This document shows, piece by piece, positions 27,867 through 40,900 of a DNA stretch of 64,000 bases. Source of the DNA: Raillietiella orientalis (Eukaryota). The notes beneath the pieces are model-generated. The model was not told the origin of the DNA. It did no database searches and was given only the letters and a program-made list of their open reading frames with translations. The stretch spans positions 1,302,001 through 1,366,000 of the forward strand of contig JAYWIR010000017.1 in assembly GCA_036172245.1 (NCBI GenBank), read 5' to 3'. A program made the translations under genes and the position numbers. Each line of letters starts with the position of its first letter. The first letter of the stretch is position 1.

Positions 27867-28391
27867 ATTTAAACAGTTATTTTGGAAATATACATTCCTT
27901 TCTAGCGTCTCGATATTGGAAAAAAAAAAAAAAAACACTGAAATCTACGTCATCATAACTGTTATTTTTCGCACTGCTGCTTTCTCTGTTCTTGTGCATT
28001 TCTTTGTTTTTTTCTGGTATTGTTTACTTTGTCGCTCTTTAAAAACGCAGCCCGTGGATCCTCCTTCGTAATGCTACACCTCGGCATCTCAGGGAAACTT
28101 GTATACACTCGCGCTCTTTACATCTGGATTTCTCCTCGTCCTTTTTCATCTGCTGTGAGTTTCGTTTTTAAGTCTGGGATGACCGCTCTTCCGGACTGTG
28201 ACGTGCGCTCTGCTCCCTGCAAAGTGCGTCTTTTATTGAGACACCAGTATGCAATACACTCATCAGAGAGTTCCGAGAAGATAGGGGCTCTAGGAAGCCC
28301 TGGTGCCTTCACCTGACGCAACCTCACCCGATTGGAAAGCATTTTAAATTTCCACGGAAGAACAGTTTCATAAGAGTGCTTTTCAACGCTT

Positions 28392-29400
28392 TTGCGGGGT
28401 TGGCATGGCGACATCCCCAGATTCACTCTTCATTTTCCTCATTCTCCTCATCAGGTCACCATATATCCACCTTCCTTCCTCTTAATGAGTCCCAGCCTTC
28501 CTCCTCATACCTCATTCCATATCCCCAATAGTCCTCTCTTTACTGCTGCTTTTCTTCTTCGCTATTTCAACGCGCAAGTTCCGTCCCCCCCCCCTCCAAA
28601 AAACATTCGCACCGTGGCATCACAACTGGAGAGTGAAAAATTCAACCAGCACCAAATTCGGAATTCACCCCTTCAGTCTTCTTACCACTTGCTCCCATCA
28701 CATACCTGGGATTCGATTTTCAAGGTGCACTCGACCACCTCCTACATGATCCTAAGCAAGATGAACTACTCGCCTACAGAGTGAGAGATTTCCGAACTCA
28801 AGAACTTCGTAAGACGATGACGCGACGACTAGTGGGACACTGCTGCATCTCCCGAATTGGAGCCGGCATCCTGAGGACCCTCGTAAATTTACCATCCAAC
28901 CAGGACTCTCTTGACGCCCGCGTTTCAACTTGTAGATTTCGTGGGAGTTTATAAAATGCAGATGAGTTGCACTGGAGCTTTCTTCTCGTAAGAGACTCCA
29001 GAGAAGGCGCCAGACACTTCGGAAGGAGCAACTGCTGATCCTGAAAAACGGCCAAACACGAACACAGGAACGGACGGAACCGAGAGGTCCTACCGGAAAC
29101 GCCGTAATCTTCGCTTTCTACGGATAGCAGTCAGATGGCTCCACCTGGATAATAACATGAAACAAGACCTTGCAGGCATCCTCCAAAGGATGCAGAGGGT
29201 TACTCCAGCAGACTGTGATCCCTTCCCGTACCCCCAAAATTGTTTTTTTTTGTTTTTGTTTGACCCCTCCCCTCTGCTGCTGTGTTGGACCTCAACGGTC
29301 CGCGAACCGGTAAAAACGGCAGGGTATATACAAAAAGGACGTAGTTGGACCGCTGGTCCAACGACACAAACTGTAAATGTTTATTTTATTTCTAAATAAA
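28392..29400 (+). mobile_element. Decayed LINE reverse transcriptase 3' fragment
   Basis: SPHQVTIYPPSFLLMSPSLP (~G.PQG.iLSP.LFl.y..DLP), SPLFTAAFLL (~l.FADD) and ITYLGFDFQG (~28697, YLG motif) appear in the expected order. The right boundary is approximate. Confidence 0.5.
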
Positions 29401-30549
29401 GACCCCGGAGAACACGGGTAAAAAATTCGAGCTACTGCTGCTATGAGTCAAGTGAGCCAAACAGCAGGGAACGGAATAGCCATTCTACCAAGTTCACACA
29501 CAACCAGGCGATCCATATTTGACCCTCGTGATTCACGACTTTGCCAAGCAACGACCTACTCAGCCACTCCTTTGAGTGCTGAGGTGCAAGACATTCTGGA
29601 AGATGGGTGACTGAGTAGGGGAAAACAGACTCCATTGCAAAGAGGTGCAAAGAAAGGGAATCCTTCCCGGATCTGTTTGCAGGATGCCGGAATCTCAAGA
29701 AAGGATGGAGGTGAATAGCTCACAGCTCGCGCCTACCGAACTTGAGTACCGAGGATCTATCCTATGGTTTCCTCAACGTAGCCATGATCTACTTTGCATA
29801 CGCCATCGTCGTGGCTAGGAACTTACCAGAATAACCGAATGCCCCAAAGACGTACTCCGAGTGCACAAAGCATGATTCGTGTAGGCCTGTAAATGGACGA
29901 ACCTGGAGGCAAGAGACCACGAAGAGCTGGAGACAATCAATCGGAAAACAATTATTAGTAGAATTAGTTTGTGAATGAAACTCAGAAGCTAACGATCAAA
30001 GAGTGCTTGTACTTGTGTGAGACAAATCAGGGCTTCTGCAGCATCATTTCATTCGGACCAATTTGAATGATTCGCTCGGGTATCGCACCGCAGGAACTCT
30101 GTTGGGTGCATCGACATGTGAATGTCGGAAGCTCTCTCAACTTCAGTGTGGACTCAAATTTCCAGGCATGCCAGAAGCCTTTGGATGCAGACATAAATAA
30201 AAATCGCTTTTAAATTGCCTCTCATGTTTGAGAAGATGCATCGAAAGACTGAGAAACGGGCTCAAACCCGCTCAGTTGCCGGCTACGCTAGTGTTCCGCG
30301 TTCTTGTACGCGTGAATGTGAATATCCCCATGAACCTGGTGGTCACTAATGAACTGGTGGAAGGGGAAGACTATGCTAAGAGATGTGCAGCTTGTGAAGC
30401 TCGGTCAAACTCTTTCTTCCCGCAGGAGGCTTGGAGTCGGTCCAGGTTTTGTTTCAGGGTTTTCTTCCACTCCTTTCGCTTCCATTTCACATGGCTCTCA
30501 GTTTTCAGCCCTCTTCTTCCTCAAATAGGCAGTTGATCTCCCTCCCCGT

Positions 30550-33500
30550 CTAAATTCTCCACAAAATCTTGTGGAGGTTTGCCACAATGTGGAAAAAGGC
30601 AATCCGCTTCCAGACGGAGGGCTGTCCGCTTCCAAACGGCCCAACGGTTCTCCTCGATGGAAGGAAAAGATCAGACACGGTTGGTTGGCCTCACGCTGAT
30701 CCTTTCCTCAGGTTTCTTCCATGCGCCCAGTCAAAAAATAAAAAGATACTCTCTTGCTTGTCAACGAAGGATTAAACAATGGCAGGCGGCATCCACAGCA
30801 CGAGACACTCTCTCTGGAGCACTCTGCAGGTATCTGCTGTACCTTTTGCAGTTTCTTCTTTCCGTGGAGTTTTCAAGAGGCATGGGAGCTCTTCTTCCAC
30901 CAAATCACGTGCTTTCTGGACGCTGAGCTTCAGAGCCTTGACTCTGGTCTGTGTACTTCTGGCCTCAGACAAACCACCATACCTTCAAGAGAGGAACAGA
31001 ACGAAGGATGCGGAAATTCTCAACGTTCTATTCGACAGAATCCGGAAAAGACGGGCAACAGGGCCTCTGATCGGTGAACTGGGAGGCGGATGTCGAAATA
31101 CATCCCTCCTTGCTTCGAATGCCATGGGGTTCCTGTGATCACACCCGTGGCTTCCAAAACCATGCGTGGTTCTGCAACAACGCCGTTCCTCTGATGGAGA
31201 CGCTGGTATCCTCGTTGCTTCGACGATGTTCTTCAGGAATTTTCGTGCTCTCGCGAGTGCGTGTGCACGTCCGGGTCTCTCTTGCTGTTCCATCTTCCGG
31301 CTCCTCAGCATAAACTGGGACTGCTGCTGCTGATCCGTGAGGAAGACCTTCCCTCAGACCAGAAAGAGTCGGTCACCTACTCAAAAGGGGAGATTTGCTC
31401 TGCCTGAGGACTGCTGTTCCATCCGGGTAGGGAACGCGGATATCAATTTGCGCTCCGAGACGTGGGGCGTTCGATCAACCGGCGGACCGAAAAAGGCCTG
31501 CTCGGTTCTGGATCGAACCACGGATGCCAACCTGCTCTGTGCCTATTTCTGCTTCGCGCTGCGGAAGAAGAGTCCAAGACCGCTTCCAAAAGGAGAGCGG
31601 GCTGAGCGGAAGGTTCACATGGGATACTACCAGGATGTGGAACACTGGTTGTCGCAGCTGGCCTGCAAAAGTCTTTCGGGTGCGTCTATCAGGAGCTCCT
31701 CCTCAAACTGCTGCAACAGTTCGGCTTCCCAGCCGGGCTTCTCGTCTTCTCTCTGCGAGGCAAAGCGAAATTTTTCATCTTTTCCAGGGGCCTACTCATC
31801 GAAAGCATCAAGGTCAGACGGAGAATTTTGAGCGGGAAGACATCCTGAGCCCGATGTTTAGCTGTTATGGTGCTGAGCGCTGAACGTACTGGGGCTTCTC
31901 AGACTCTCCCTCATCCAACTCCGATAACACGCCTGGAACGTCTGTCTACGCCGACGGCTTGCTTCTCCTGTTGCCTGCCCGAGCCCCAACAACCGCACCA
32001 AAAAGTTTTAGTTCATCCTCAGGTATGCTGTGTCCGGGTCGACAAGACTATAGATCACTGGATGCTCACCGTCCTTAGGAATCCGGTCTCCCTAACTTAT
32101 CCGTCGGTACCAATGGGTTCGTTCTCCCTGGTCCGTCTGCATGGAGAAGGGACAACGACCTCCAGCTTCCTTTCGTAACAGAGAACTTTCGCTCCCTGAT
32201 GCGGGGAGTCTTCGTCGTGCTTTTTTTCCGGTCCGCAACAGACCGGTAACTTGACGGATGCTCTTGGGAGTTCTGGAAGACTCCCACAGGGCCTGCCGCA
32301 AGCCAAGGTGCGGCGGAACTGAAGGCGTCTCCAGGACGTAATCCCGAACTCGCTCTCCTCGGAATGGATGCAGCTGCAAGCATCGTTCCGGAGGTTGGCC
32401 TTTAAGGCGAAGATGCAGAGCACTCCTTTGTGCTCCTTGAGAGCATGCTCTTGAAGTCAGCAAGCTGCGAAGAATTGGCGTCCACCCTCCTAAGGCAGCC
32501 TCAGGCGCGACTTAGGGGTGTTGACCGCTTGAGTTGCTGCTGGAGGAACATATGGATATCCTGTCGCCGGCTGGGCAGGAACGCTCGGCGGCAGGAATCA
32601 CTGGAAGCATGGAGGCGATTGGAAAATCCAACCTCCCCCAATAGCAGTGACATCAAGCGCCCGGAGAAACGTTACCTGGACGAGATACTCGACGAGCACC
32701 GTTTCCCAAGACCCATCGTGAAACTAGCCTGAATGCCACGCATCTTTTAGTGCATCGATCGGAGGAGGAAGAGGTGTTTATTCCTGTGGCTTGAGAGATG
32801 AAGTGTCGGCTCGTGGGAGTCACCCAGCCCATCGCGCAATGGAAAACGTCTCTGCAGGAGAACAAAGCCACTCCAAAGAATCTACACGTGGGCCTGCAAA
32901 GGCTACTTCTCGGCATTTCCCGTGGAAAATTCAAGAGCTTGGCCATCCTGATAGATACGTCTCCGTCTTTCCTCTTTGTTACCAGCAGGCTGCCATCTCG
33001 CTGGTGCACTGGGCTCTTCCCCGTATTGGGGAACATCACCACGCCTGAGCAGAGAAAGCACCCAAAGAGTTCACTTACTGCTATATAATGGGAACCCTAC
33101 CGCATGCACCTTAGGAATGCGGAAGGCTGCGCCATCGATGCAAGCACATCTCTAAGGGCACTTCAGTTCCTCGATTCTGGCCCTCAAAGGCGTGTTCACA
33201 ACCTCCAGACTCACCGGTTGCCTCCTTGCCGGCGATGCTCGGCCACCTGCGTGCAACGGTGTCCTCCAGACTGGAGGAAGGGCGTGACCGTTATCCCGAG
33301 GAACCATTTGCGATTGCCTTCACCTACATGCGGAGGCCGATGAGGCGGTCCAGTCCGCGCCGTGAGATGCAAGGGAACCCTCGAATGATCGTAGACAGAC
33401 CAATCGGACACTTGAATGCACCCCTATTCCTTCCTAACCTGGAGCAGGTCCCCGGAAAGCATAATTACCACCGTGAGGCTAGTCCATGCTATTAACTGTT
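30550..33500 (+). mobile_element. Decayed L1/Tx1-like non-LTR retrotransposon ORF2 (endonuclease + reverse transcriptase remnants)
   Basis: A GC-rich block with degenerate motifs in the expected order across frames. These are RFTW (~31610, endonuclease-like), YLDEILDEHRFPRPIVKLA (~32670-32730, ~YL..vL...GFP..fi.li), GVTQPI...SLQENKATPKNLHVGLQRLL (~32815-32910, ~GvrQG.plSP.LF) and KIQELGHPDRYVSVF (~32925-32970, ~LAYADD). Many stops and frameshifts; boundaries are approximate. Confidence 0.6.
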
Positions 33501-34108
33501 CATTTATTGGTCCTCACTTCTCCCTCTACTCCCCCCTATTCATGTCCTAAGTGTAGGGGAGTTTCTTTGACTTCGGGTCGGCATGTGTCGGTCTCTAACT
33601 GCATCTATTTCTATTTATTTATTCTGAAAGAAATGGCCTGGTGGTACGGGACTCCAAGGGACGAGGAGCTTCCTGTTGCAGCAGCATAGCTCACGCTCTG
33701 CTGCTGCAAAAGGGGAGACAGCAGTTAGTGGAGTGCGGCCGTACCACAGGACGCCTTTTAGGGAACGAAGCTCGGAGTCTTTCGACACCTTCCCGGAGGC
33801 CAGCGAAAAGGCGAAATGAATCCGCCGAGGTAATACCTGAAAAATTTGCCTCGCAACCATCCTCCTCCTTCAGAAGAAGAATCGAAAGATGGAGAGTCCA
33901 GGCTTTCGTAAGCGTGTCATTTTGAATCCCATCTGATACCATCTTGCTCCTCCCACTCTGCTGCTTTCTGCTTGCCAGTCTATCATGAATTCTCGGATGC
34001 GTGCTGCCTGGTGATGGTAATGAAATAAAACTTTGAAGATTGAAGGATTCTTTTGAAGGATGTTCTTCTTTTAAAGAAAAACAAAAAAAAACAGGCTTTG
34101 GTTGGATG

Positions 34109-34397
34109 GATTTGTTGCCAGCCTTGGAGCCGTATCCACCCGTCGCACCCGAGAGTTCGATCACTGTGGATTTCTTCTTCCTAGATACAAGAGATGGGAA
34201 ACCACGGGCATCATCAAGAAAACTGATAGCAGAGAGGCGAAGACACGGAGTAGGCCTCTCAGCGCTTTCTGAAAAGAGGCAGAGCTGAAGGACTGATCGC
34301 GAACAAAACGAAGCCGCGCGTGTGTGCATGGCGGCAGGAGCGCCATCTACCGCTTTCCAGCCTTTCTCTTCCTTCCCCTCACGGAAATCTGACGAAT
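34109..34397 (+). repeat. Direct repeat copy 1 (~290 bp), probably RTE-clade LINE AP-endonuclease N-terminal remnant
   Basis: It aligns by eye with 35033-35325 over its length (shared ACAAGAGATGGGAAACCACGGGCATC, GTAGGCCTCTCAGC, GAGGCAGAGCTGAAGGACTG, ACGGAAATCTGACGAAT). It translates to RKLIAERRRHGVGLSALSEKR, which resembles the RTE endonuclease motif ..ELARY.IDIAALSETR. Confidence 0.8.
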
Positions 34398-35032
34398 TTT
34401 ACCCGTGTTCTTTTCGCTGTACGAATTCTGAAAGAAAGCTTCGCCGTTGGCTAGAAGTTCAGGAGGATAATCGCATCATCGTTGCGAGAGGGACCGGATG
34501 AAATCTAACTGAAAAAGCACTCGCCTCCTCCGTAGCTTTCGATGGAACGGGATCAGACAGGACCGTTGTTAGAGCAGATACAGGACAGACAACACAAGCT
34601 TGAGTGATGGGTGTTTGATACCTCTAAGCTCCCCAGAGATGAATGGAGACCCCCCGACTTACAGCCTCTGCCTCACCCTGAACAGCTGGCTGGAGAACAG
34701 TCGAGATGTGGAATCCAGCGAGACTGCTGACACGTACTGATCCTACCGTGATGTTCGATAAGAGGCTGCAGCATGGATCTCTGAGCGAAACCAATGACAA
34801 ATTGAGCACCTCCTCTTCGAATGGATGCCTGAAACTTGCGCGCTCCATCTAAGCCGTAAGGCTATCCGAATAGATTTTAAAGGAACAGAATTGCGTGCTG
34901 AATCCCCCCCCCCTCCTTTTCTAAAATGGGTCCATGCCAAATCAGGAAACGAATGAATGATCATCAGCAAGCATTTCGAATGGGTTTTTCGGTCAAGGTT
35001 GCATCAGAAGAAAATTCCAAAGGAAGGAGGGT

Positions 35033-36200
35033 GATTTGTTGTTAACCTTGAAGCCGCATCCACCCATCACACCTGAGAGCTCGACCACTGTGAATTTCTT
35101 CTTCCTAGCTACAAGAGATGGGAAACCACGGGCATCGTCAAGAAAACTGAAAGCACGGAGGAGAAGACACGGGGTAGGCCTCTCAGCTCTTTGGGAAGAG
35201 AGGCAGAGCTGAAGGACTGGTAGAGAACAAAGCGAAGCCGCGAGTGTGTGTGTGCATGGCGGCAGGAGAGCCATCTACCGCTTACCAGCCTTTCCCTTCC
35301 TTCTCCGTACGGAAATCTGACGAATACTTTTGAGGGAAGGTTCGTGTTGGAAGGAGGGGAAAAGCTACGAACGAGATCGTTTCCGAAGGGTCTGAACTCG
35401 CGGGAAACGAAGCCGCTGCAAGCCGGGGATTGTGATGGAAAGCAAAGCACCTGCACCTTCTGACACCTGCAAGCATTCCAAGAGCGTCTTGAGGAGCCAG
35501 ATCTGAGAGTTGAAAGCATTGGTGTGATAACTGTGCGTGTGTGCAGGTGGAGCACACATAGCAGAGACGCACCAATCACCGACTGACATGAGCACGCCGC
35601 CGACGTCTTTCGGAAAGCGGTTCCAGAGCTGGACATCCCTACATCACGTGAGCGGACAACTCTGAAACAGAGGAACTACAAATAAATCAGTGCACCGGTA
35701 CGGTTTGTTAAAACTTATCGTGCTGCTGCCAGTTACCGCCAGCTTGCACGAAAACGTTTCCTCCGCTAGTTTGCAACCTCTAACAAATAGAGAACTCAAG
35801 AAGGAACGATTCCAACTTGCCACCCACCTTGTGGGAGAAGCGGAATCGTGGTGAAACCCACAAAAGCTTTCCTCTCTATATCCCGCAGTAGAAGAGATGA
35901 CCGAAACCGTGGAAACCTTGAGGCTGTTAGCAGAGGCGGAATGGATGCGCCAGTCACGGGAAAGGCGTTCCGAAGTCTAAGAGGGACGTAGGAAAGGCGG
36001 CAGGACGTCAACCTGTGGCGACTGAAGAGTGCCTGAAGGCGTGGGTGGTTAGTCGGGAGTCCTCCTGCCACACGGACTCGGGCTGCAGAGCGAATTATGC
36101 TGCTTGGATTCCAAATGCATGCCAACAGCAGAAGAGGACGCAAATACTCCAGCACATGCAGATGTGCGTGGGACACGCGAAGGAAAAAAAAACTTTGTTT
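35033..36200 (+). mobile_element. Decayed, internally deleted RTE-like LINE (repeat copy 2 at 35033-35325 plus downstream remnants)
   Basis: Contains the second repeat copy, then KPLQAGDCDG (~35410-35440, ~L.L.GDFNA). Post-RT RTE-like text follows: GKAFRSLRGT*ERRQDVNL (~35960-36015) and QQQKRTQILQHM (~36125-36160). Motifs are degenerate. Confidence 0.55.
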
Positions 36201-37759
36201 TCCGTATGCATGTAGCAGATAGGTTTTAAATTTGTTTTGAATTGAACTGAATTGAATTTTCTCTTCTTTTTGGTTCTTCTTTTTCTTCTCCGGAGCATTG
36301 CCTTAGGCTGACTTCTTCAAGATTCCGATGAGTTGAGTGAGGCAGCCTACTCTTCAGGAATTCAATGAAGACTTTCCTCGGCAAGACTTGTGAAAGCGTA
36401 CACAGAAGACTGTGTTCCCTTGGGAACAGGGAACACAAATTCTTGCCAATTCCCTTGAGGAAAGAGACAATTGCCTCATCTTGATGTGGTGTTGGTTCCT
36501 GACCAGCAAGCTTAGGAAAGAGAGCTCTATTTCTTTGCCTGACTTTTGGTTCGCCAGTTCCATGCGTGCTGGCAGCTAAAAGAATAAAGAAACTTGATAA
36601 AGAAACTTTAGCAAGGAGAAAAAAAGCGCTTCTCCTTAGCTGTTGGCTTCTGCGAATGCTTACTCACTTCCGCCTCGAATGAGCACATGTCCTTGATCTT
36701 GAAAGAACAGCTGGTCAGCCGAGAGCATCCTCTGGAAGCGAGATCAGCATCTCTTTTCCAATGCAAAAAAAAGCTTCGTTCAAAATACAGTGTGAGTAAC
36801 CAATGAAAAACTCAGGCCAGCCCATCCCTTCAAGAGTGGTGTGGATGACGCATCACTCCATCCTCTCATATCAACAAGTTCGGAAGGGGCAGCTGGTGCT
36901 GGACAAAGTGATGAACACTTGGGATATTTCAGCGACAAGATTTATCGTCCTCTGATATTTGTGTAATGTCTACAAGGGTTGTCGCTGTTTAAAATCTTTC
37001 TGCATTTAGAGCTCCCAATCTACCGAGAGATCCTAGTAAACTGGTAGCTTTGGATGCAGAAAACGGTCCCGTAAATGCAGCCACATGGTGATTGATTGTG
37101 ATTTAAAAAGGGAAGCAGACACTTAAGTATCGAAGAAAGTAGCAATGGTTTGAACCATAAGCGTGGCATTCCTACGTTGTCACGCATTACATGCCGCATG
37201 TATATATGATTTCCCCGTTTGATCGTATATATATTATATGATCCTCATATAGGAAGTGTATATCGTACGTTGCGGCTGTAACCGTGCCAAATTTACACGC
37301 CTGTTGCCCTGGTTCACGACGTTTAGGTGTAACAAATGTTTGTGATCGTTCATTGATAAAACTGACCCGCAGTTCATTTGACTGAATAGCATAACAGTGA
37401 TATTGTTATTTCTAAAAAGCAATAGTACTTGTGAAATCATTGCGATAGAGGGATTTTCTGAGTGCGCTCGTGCTGCACCTACAATCACTTAATTTGCTGC
37501 GAGCACATTGCCTTATTTCATGACCACCGAGTCTATCTGGCGCATCTCGAATTATGTAGGTTGGTCTGACAAAATGCTAGGAAAATATCTTTACTTGAAG
37601 ATTTACCATGATCTACCTCCACGCTTGATCTTCACAAAAACTCTCATCCGAAACTTCTGTCGATCCCAACTGGAAAAAGTGCGCTTCGTTTTTCAATGGC
37701 GGCTGAGGTCGGCCCTTCTGAGCTCGTGCACAGAACTTTAAACTTCTTAAGATGGCCGC

Positions 37760-37925
37760 TTTGCTGATTTCCTGCATATGGGAGCCAAGGGCCGAGTTTC
37801 AGCCTGCCTCCCCAGAAAGTTTTCACCCGTGAAAAGCGAATCTTATTGGTCTCTCTTGGTGGTAACTTCGACCGGTATGGGTCGAAAAATTGAGCTGAGA
37901 ACAGGAGAGTCATCTGGAAGCCTTT
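37760..37925 (+). mobile_element. Possible short RTE-like endonuclease remnant
   Basis: One frame reads FPAYGS...RILLVSLGGNFDRYGSKN*AENRRVIW, resembling SAYAP...L.L.GDFNARVG....W..VIG. Confidence 0.3.
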
Positions 37926-40900
37926 TCTTGAAGCTCTTCCTCATTCACATATCCTCTAACAACGTCCCACACAGAAAATGCAACGGACGGTGTTTGTGGT
38001 GCCCTTGATTTATTTATTTTCCAGCACCCACAACAAGGGAACGCACAGACAGATTTCTTGGTTGCTTCTCTGATTGAGAAAAACACAAACTGGGGAGAAT
38101 TATAAGATAGAGTAGAACCACCACGGCATTCACTGCTTCGTCAGTTACAGAATCCCATGTCCTCTTACAGCACGCCTGTGAATTATGAATATCCATGCGG
38201 TGAAAATCGTTGACCGTTAGTGAAATTTTGATTGCGCGCCGGCAAATAATCGTCAAAAATTGTTTTTGCTTTATTTTTTTTATCAATCACCGCAAAGTGA
38301 TGCCACAGAATCGAATACCGCGAGAAGATTACATCAAGCTCTTCATATCCGAAAGAACGGATAAAGTCGCGTAACGCTTTCTCTCTGATGTGGTGTAAAA
38401 TGAAAAAGCATTAGGAAGAGAGCACGTCGATTCTTTTGTGGTGGAGGAAGGCGCGTGAAGATGAAGCCTGGAAAGTCATCCTGTCGATCTCGAGATATGT
38501 CTTCGAACAGAGTCGCGGTCTCAAGTCTTGCTTTCCTTTCTGGGCCACAAGTCCCTTGTGCGAAGGTTAAAGCCGAAACATTCTAAGAGGAACCAAAAAG
38601 ACACGAAAAATCGATTGTGAATGCTGTAGTTAGCGGAGATTAGAAATGTGCCCAACATCCGACTTCCCAACAGCTGAAGAGTAGCTTTTTCTTTACTTAG
38701 AAACAGGAAACTGGCTAACTGGAAATCAAGGAGTGCATATGCACGACTATCATTAGTAGGTGTTAAAACTGGGAAGTTCGTGAAGTTTCACCATGAAGTA
38801 AGTTCTAAGTACGGACCGACACGAAAGGTGAACTGATGTGACCAACAGTTGCATCTGAACGAGAAGCACACCGTGTGGCCTGCAAGCGATCTGCACACGA
38901 ACTGTCAAGTTACGCTCTAGCAAAAATGAAAGGACTCGGTTCTGGGGAGTCAAGTTCTGTGGAGAAATCGTGTAGTCCACAGGATCTAAGGACCGAAACA
39001 GAGTTTTCAGCCATCCCAAAATTGAGCTTCCCGAAATCACAGGCTCAAAGCAGAAATCAGTGTATATTTAGCACCTAAGGAGAAAACGAATGGATCGTGC
39101 ATCTACTTCTGTGACATCCTCAAGAAATACCATTTGTCACCTCACAGGAGTTATCTTTTCTCTGTGACTGTTTTGTTGTGATCTGATCCTGGGGATCTGA
39201 AAAGAAGAGAAAAGGAAGAACTCTTTTCTGAGATTGATTAATGCTTTCCTGTTTCTCGAGCCTAATGATTTTTCATTGCAAGGATAATGTAAGGACAGTT
39301 ATTTATTAGCCTGCAAGGAACAGTTGTTCCAGAGTACTTGTGGTGCTCCTAGGATTACAGAGCCGCTGCTCTACCGATCGGCGTCAGCAAATTTGCAAAT
39401 TTCTTAACGGCAGTTCTAACTGGATTTTTTCTTTCTGGACAGGATCCGAATTCTTTCGCGTTACTGCAGTGTTTGGAGTCAGAGATGAGTCCAGGACTTG
39501 CAGCGTGCTCTGTGAATTCATGTGAAGCGGGTTCTTTGTTGCTCCCTCTTGAAGTCAAGGGCCACAGCTCTTCCTCAGTATGTTCGAGGGAGTGCCGTCG
39601 GACGTCTTGTTGGTGGTGAGGTAGCAAGCCTTGAGCTTCAAGCGTGGGGGATCTCGGGTGGGAATCGCCAGTGGAACACTGGATGACATGTGATTCGCGA
39701 ATGACTTTGAGTAATGATGGACCTGCGTAATGGGTGCTGTCATTCGAGAATCGACAAATATCCCGTAGAGGGGAACCTGGAATAGCTTGCATGCCTTGCT
39801 ATACGGATCACCTCATTCTGGAAATTCCTGAGCAGAACTTCGTATGTTTCTCTCATGACATCTGCTTCCGAAGGACTCCATCCAACGGAAATTCGTGCCT
39901 CTGCTTCCGAGTTTGGGGAAAAGGTGCGAGTCGCCGGGGTATGCCGTGAACACAAGAGTGAAGACCTCGTCGCCGTCGTCGAGTATTGAACAAACGCCAA
40001 ACGCCCTGCTAGAGTGCCCCTCCCAAATGAGCGTATTAGAGTGTGGTACTCCGTGGATGGAAAAGGAGGGAGCCAGGAATTTAGTGAAAGTTCTTCTGGA
40101 AGCGCCTGTTTGTCAAGGCAGTTTCGTCCCGCGTTCAAGTAGCATTGGTGCTTTGAGCAGCTGCGGATGACTGTTTTGCGTCTGAAGTGCCATGCATTAG
40201 CCATTGTCTATGGCATGTTTATTTTGCACTGAAAGTGTGCTCACGAGAACAGAAAGATCATCAGCTAGAAAGTGTTCATTTATTGTTGATCTTGGTTAAA
40301 GATCAACAAGTCATGACACTGACGAGAGTCTAGAGAAAGGCTATGTAAACTAAAGACAGAGCTGGACGTGAATTGCGAGCTTCGTAGTGAAAAATTCAAG
40401 GCCGCTAGAGAAAGCTACTGATGAATTACATTCTGGAATACTAGTGTTACCAAACACTCGGAGAGCTGGAGCACGTATAGGATTTCTTTGCTATTTAAAG
40501 AAAATTGTTCGGAATCAGCTAGGAAGGAAGAGGTAAGGCTAGAAGACTATCGTGGTTCGGTACATCCTCCTCGTGGATGTAGGGAGGAAAGAATTGATTA
40601 CTGAGTTAGAATTAAGAATTAAGTCTTGGACTGCTGATATCGATTCATTAACGGTGGTGGACTCTCTCCCTTTGAAGGAGAAGAGTATAGAGAGAAAGAA
40701 GAGGATTAGAATGTGCCTCCTATCAGTCAAAAGAAAACACTTTGTAAATTGATTCGTTTACTCATTCCCACTCACCGATCCAGAATACCATACTGAAGTG
40801 AATTTCACAAATTGTCAATGCAGGAAAGTTCTTCTGATGCCACGCTTTGACTCTGACCGGTTCCCCATCCAATGGCTTCCATTCTCATCCTCATTCTCGG

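Noticed and set aside
33691..34329. 212-aa minus-strand ORF
   Set aside because: It is antisense to the repeat/RTE-like remnant and has no protein-like features.
40795..40845. Minus-strand NFPALTIC resembling the DEG/ENaC FPAVTIC motif
   Set aside because: The flanks have stops and no transmembrane segment or usable splice sites; probably chance.
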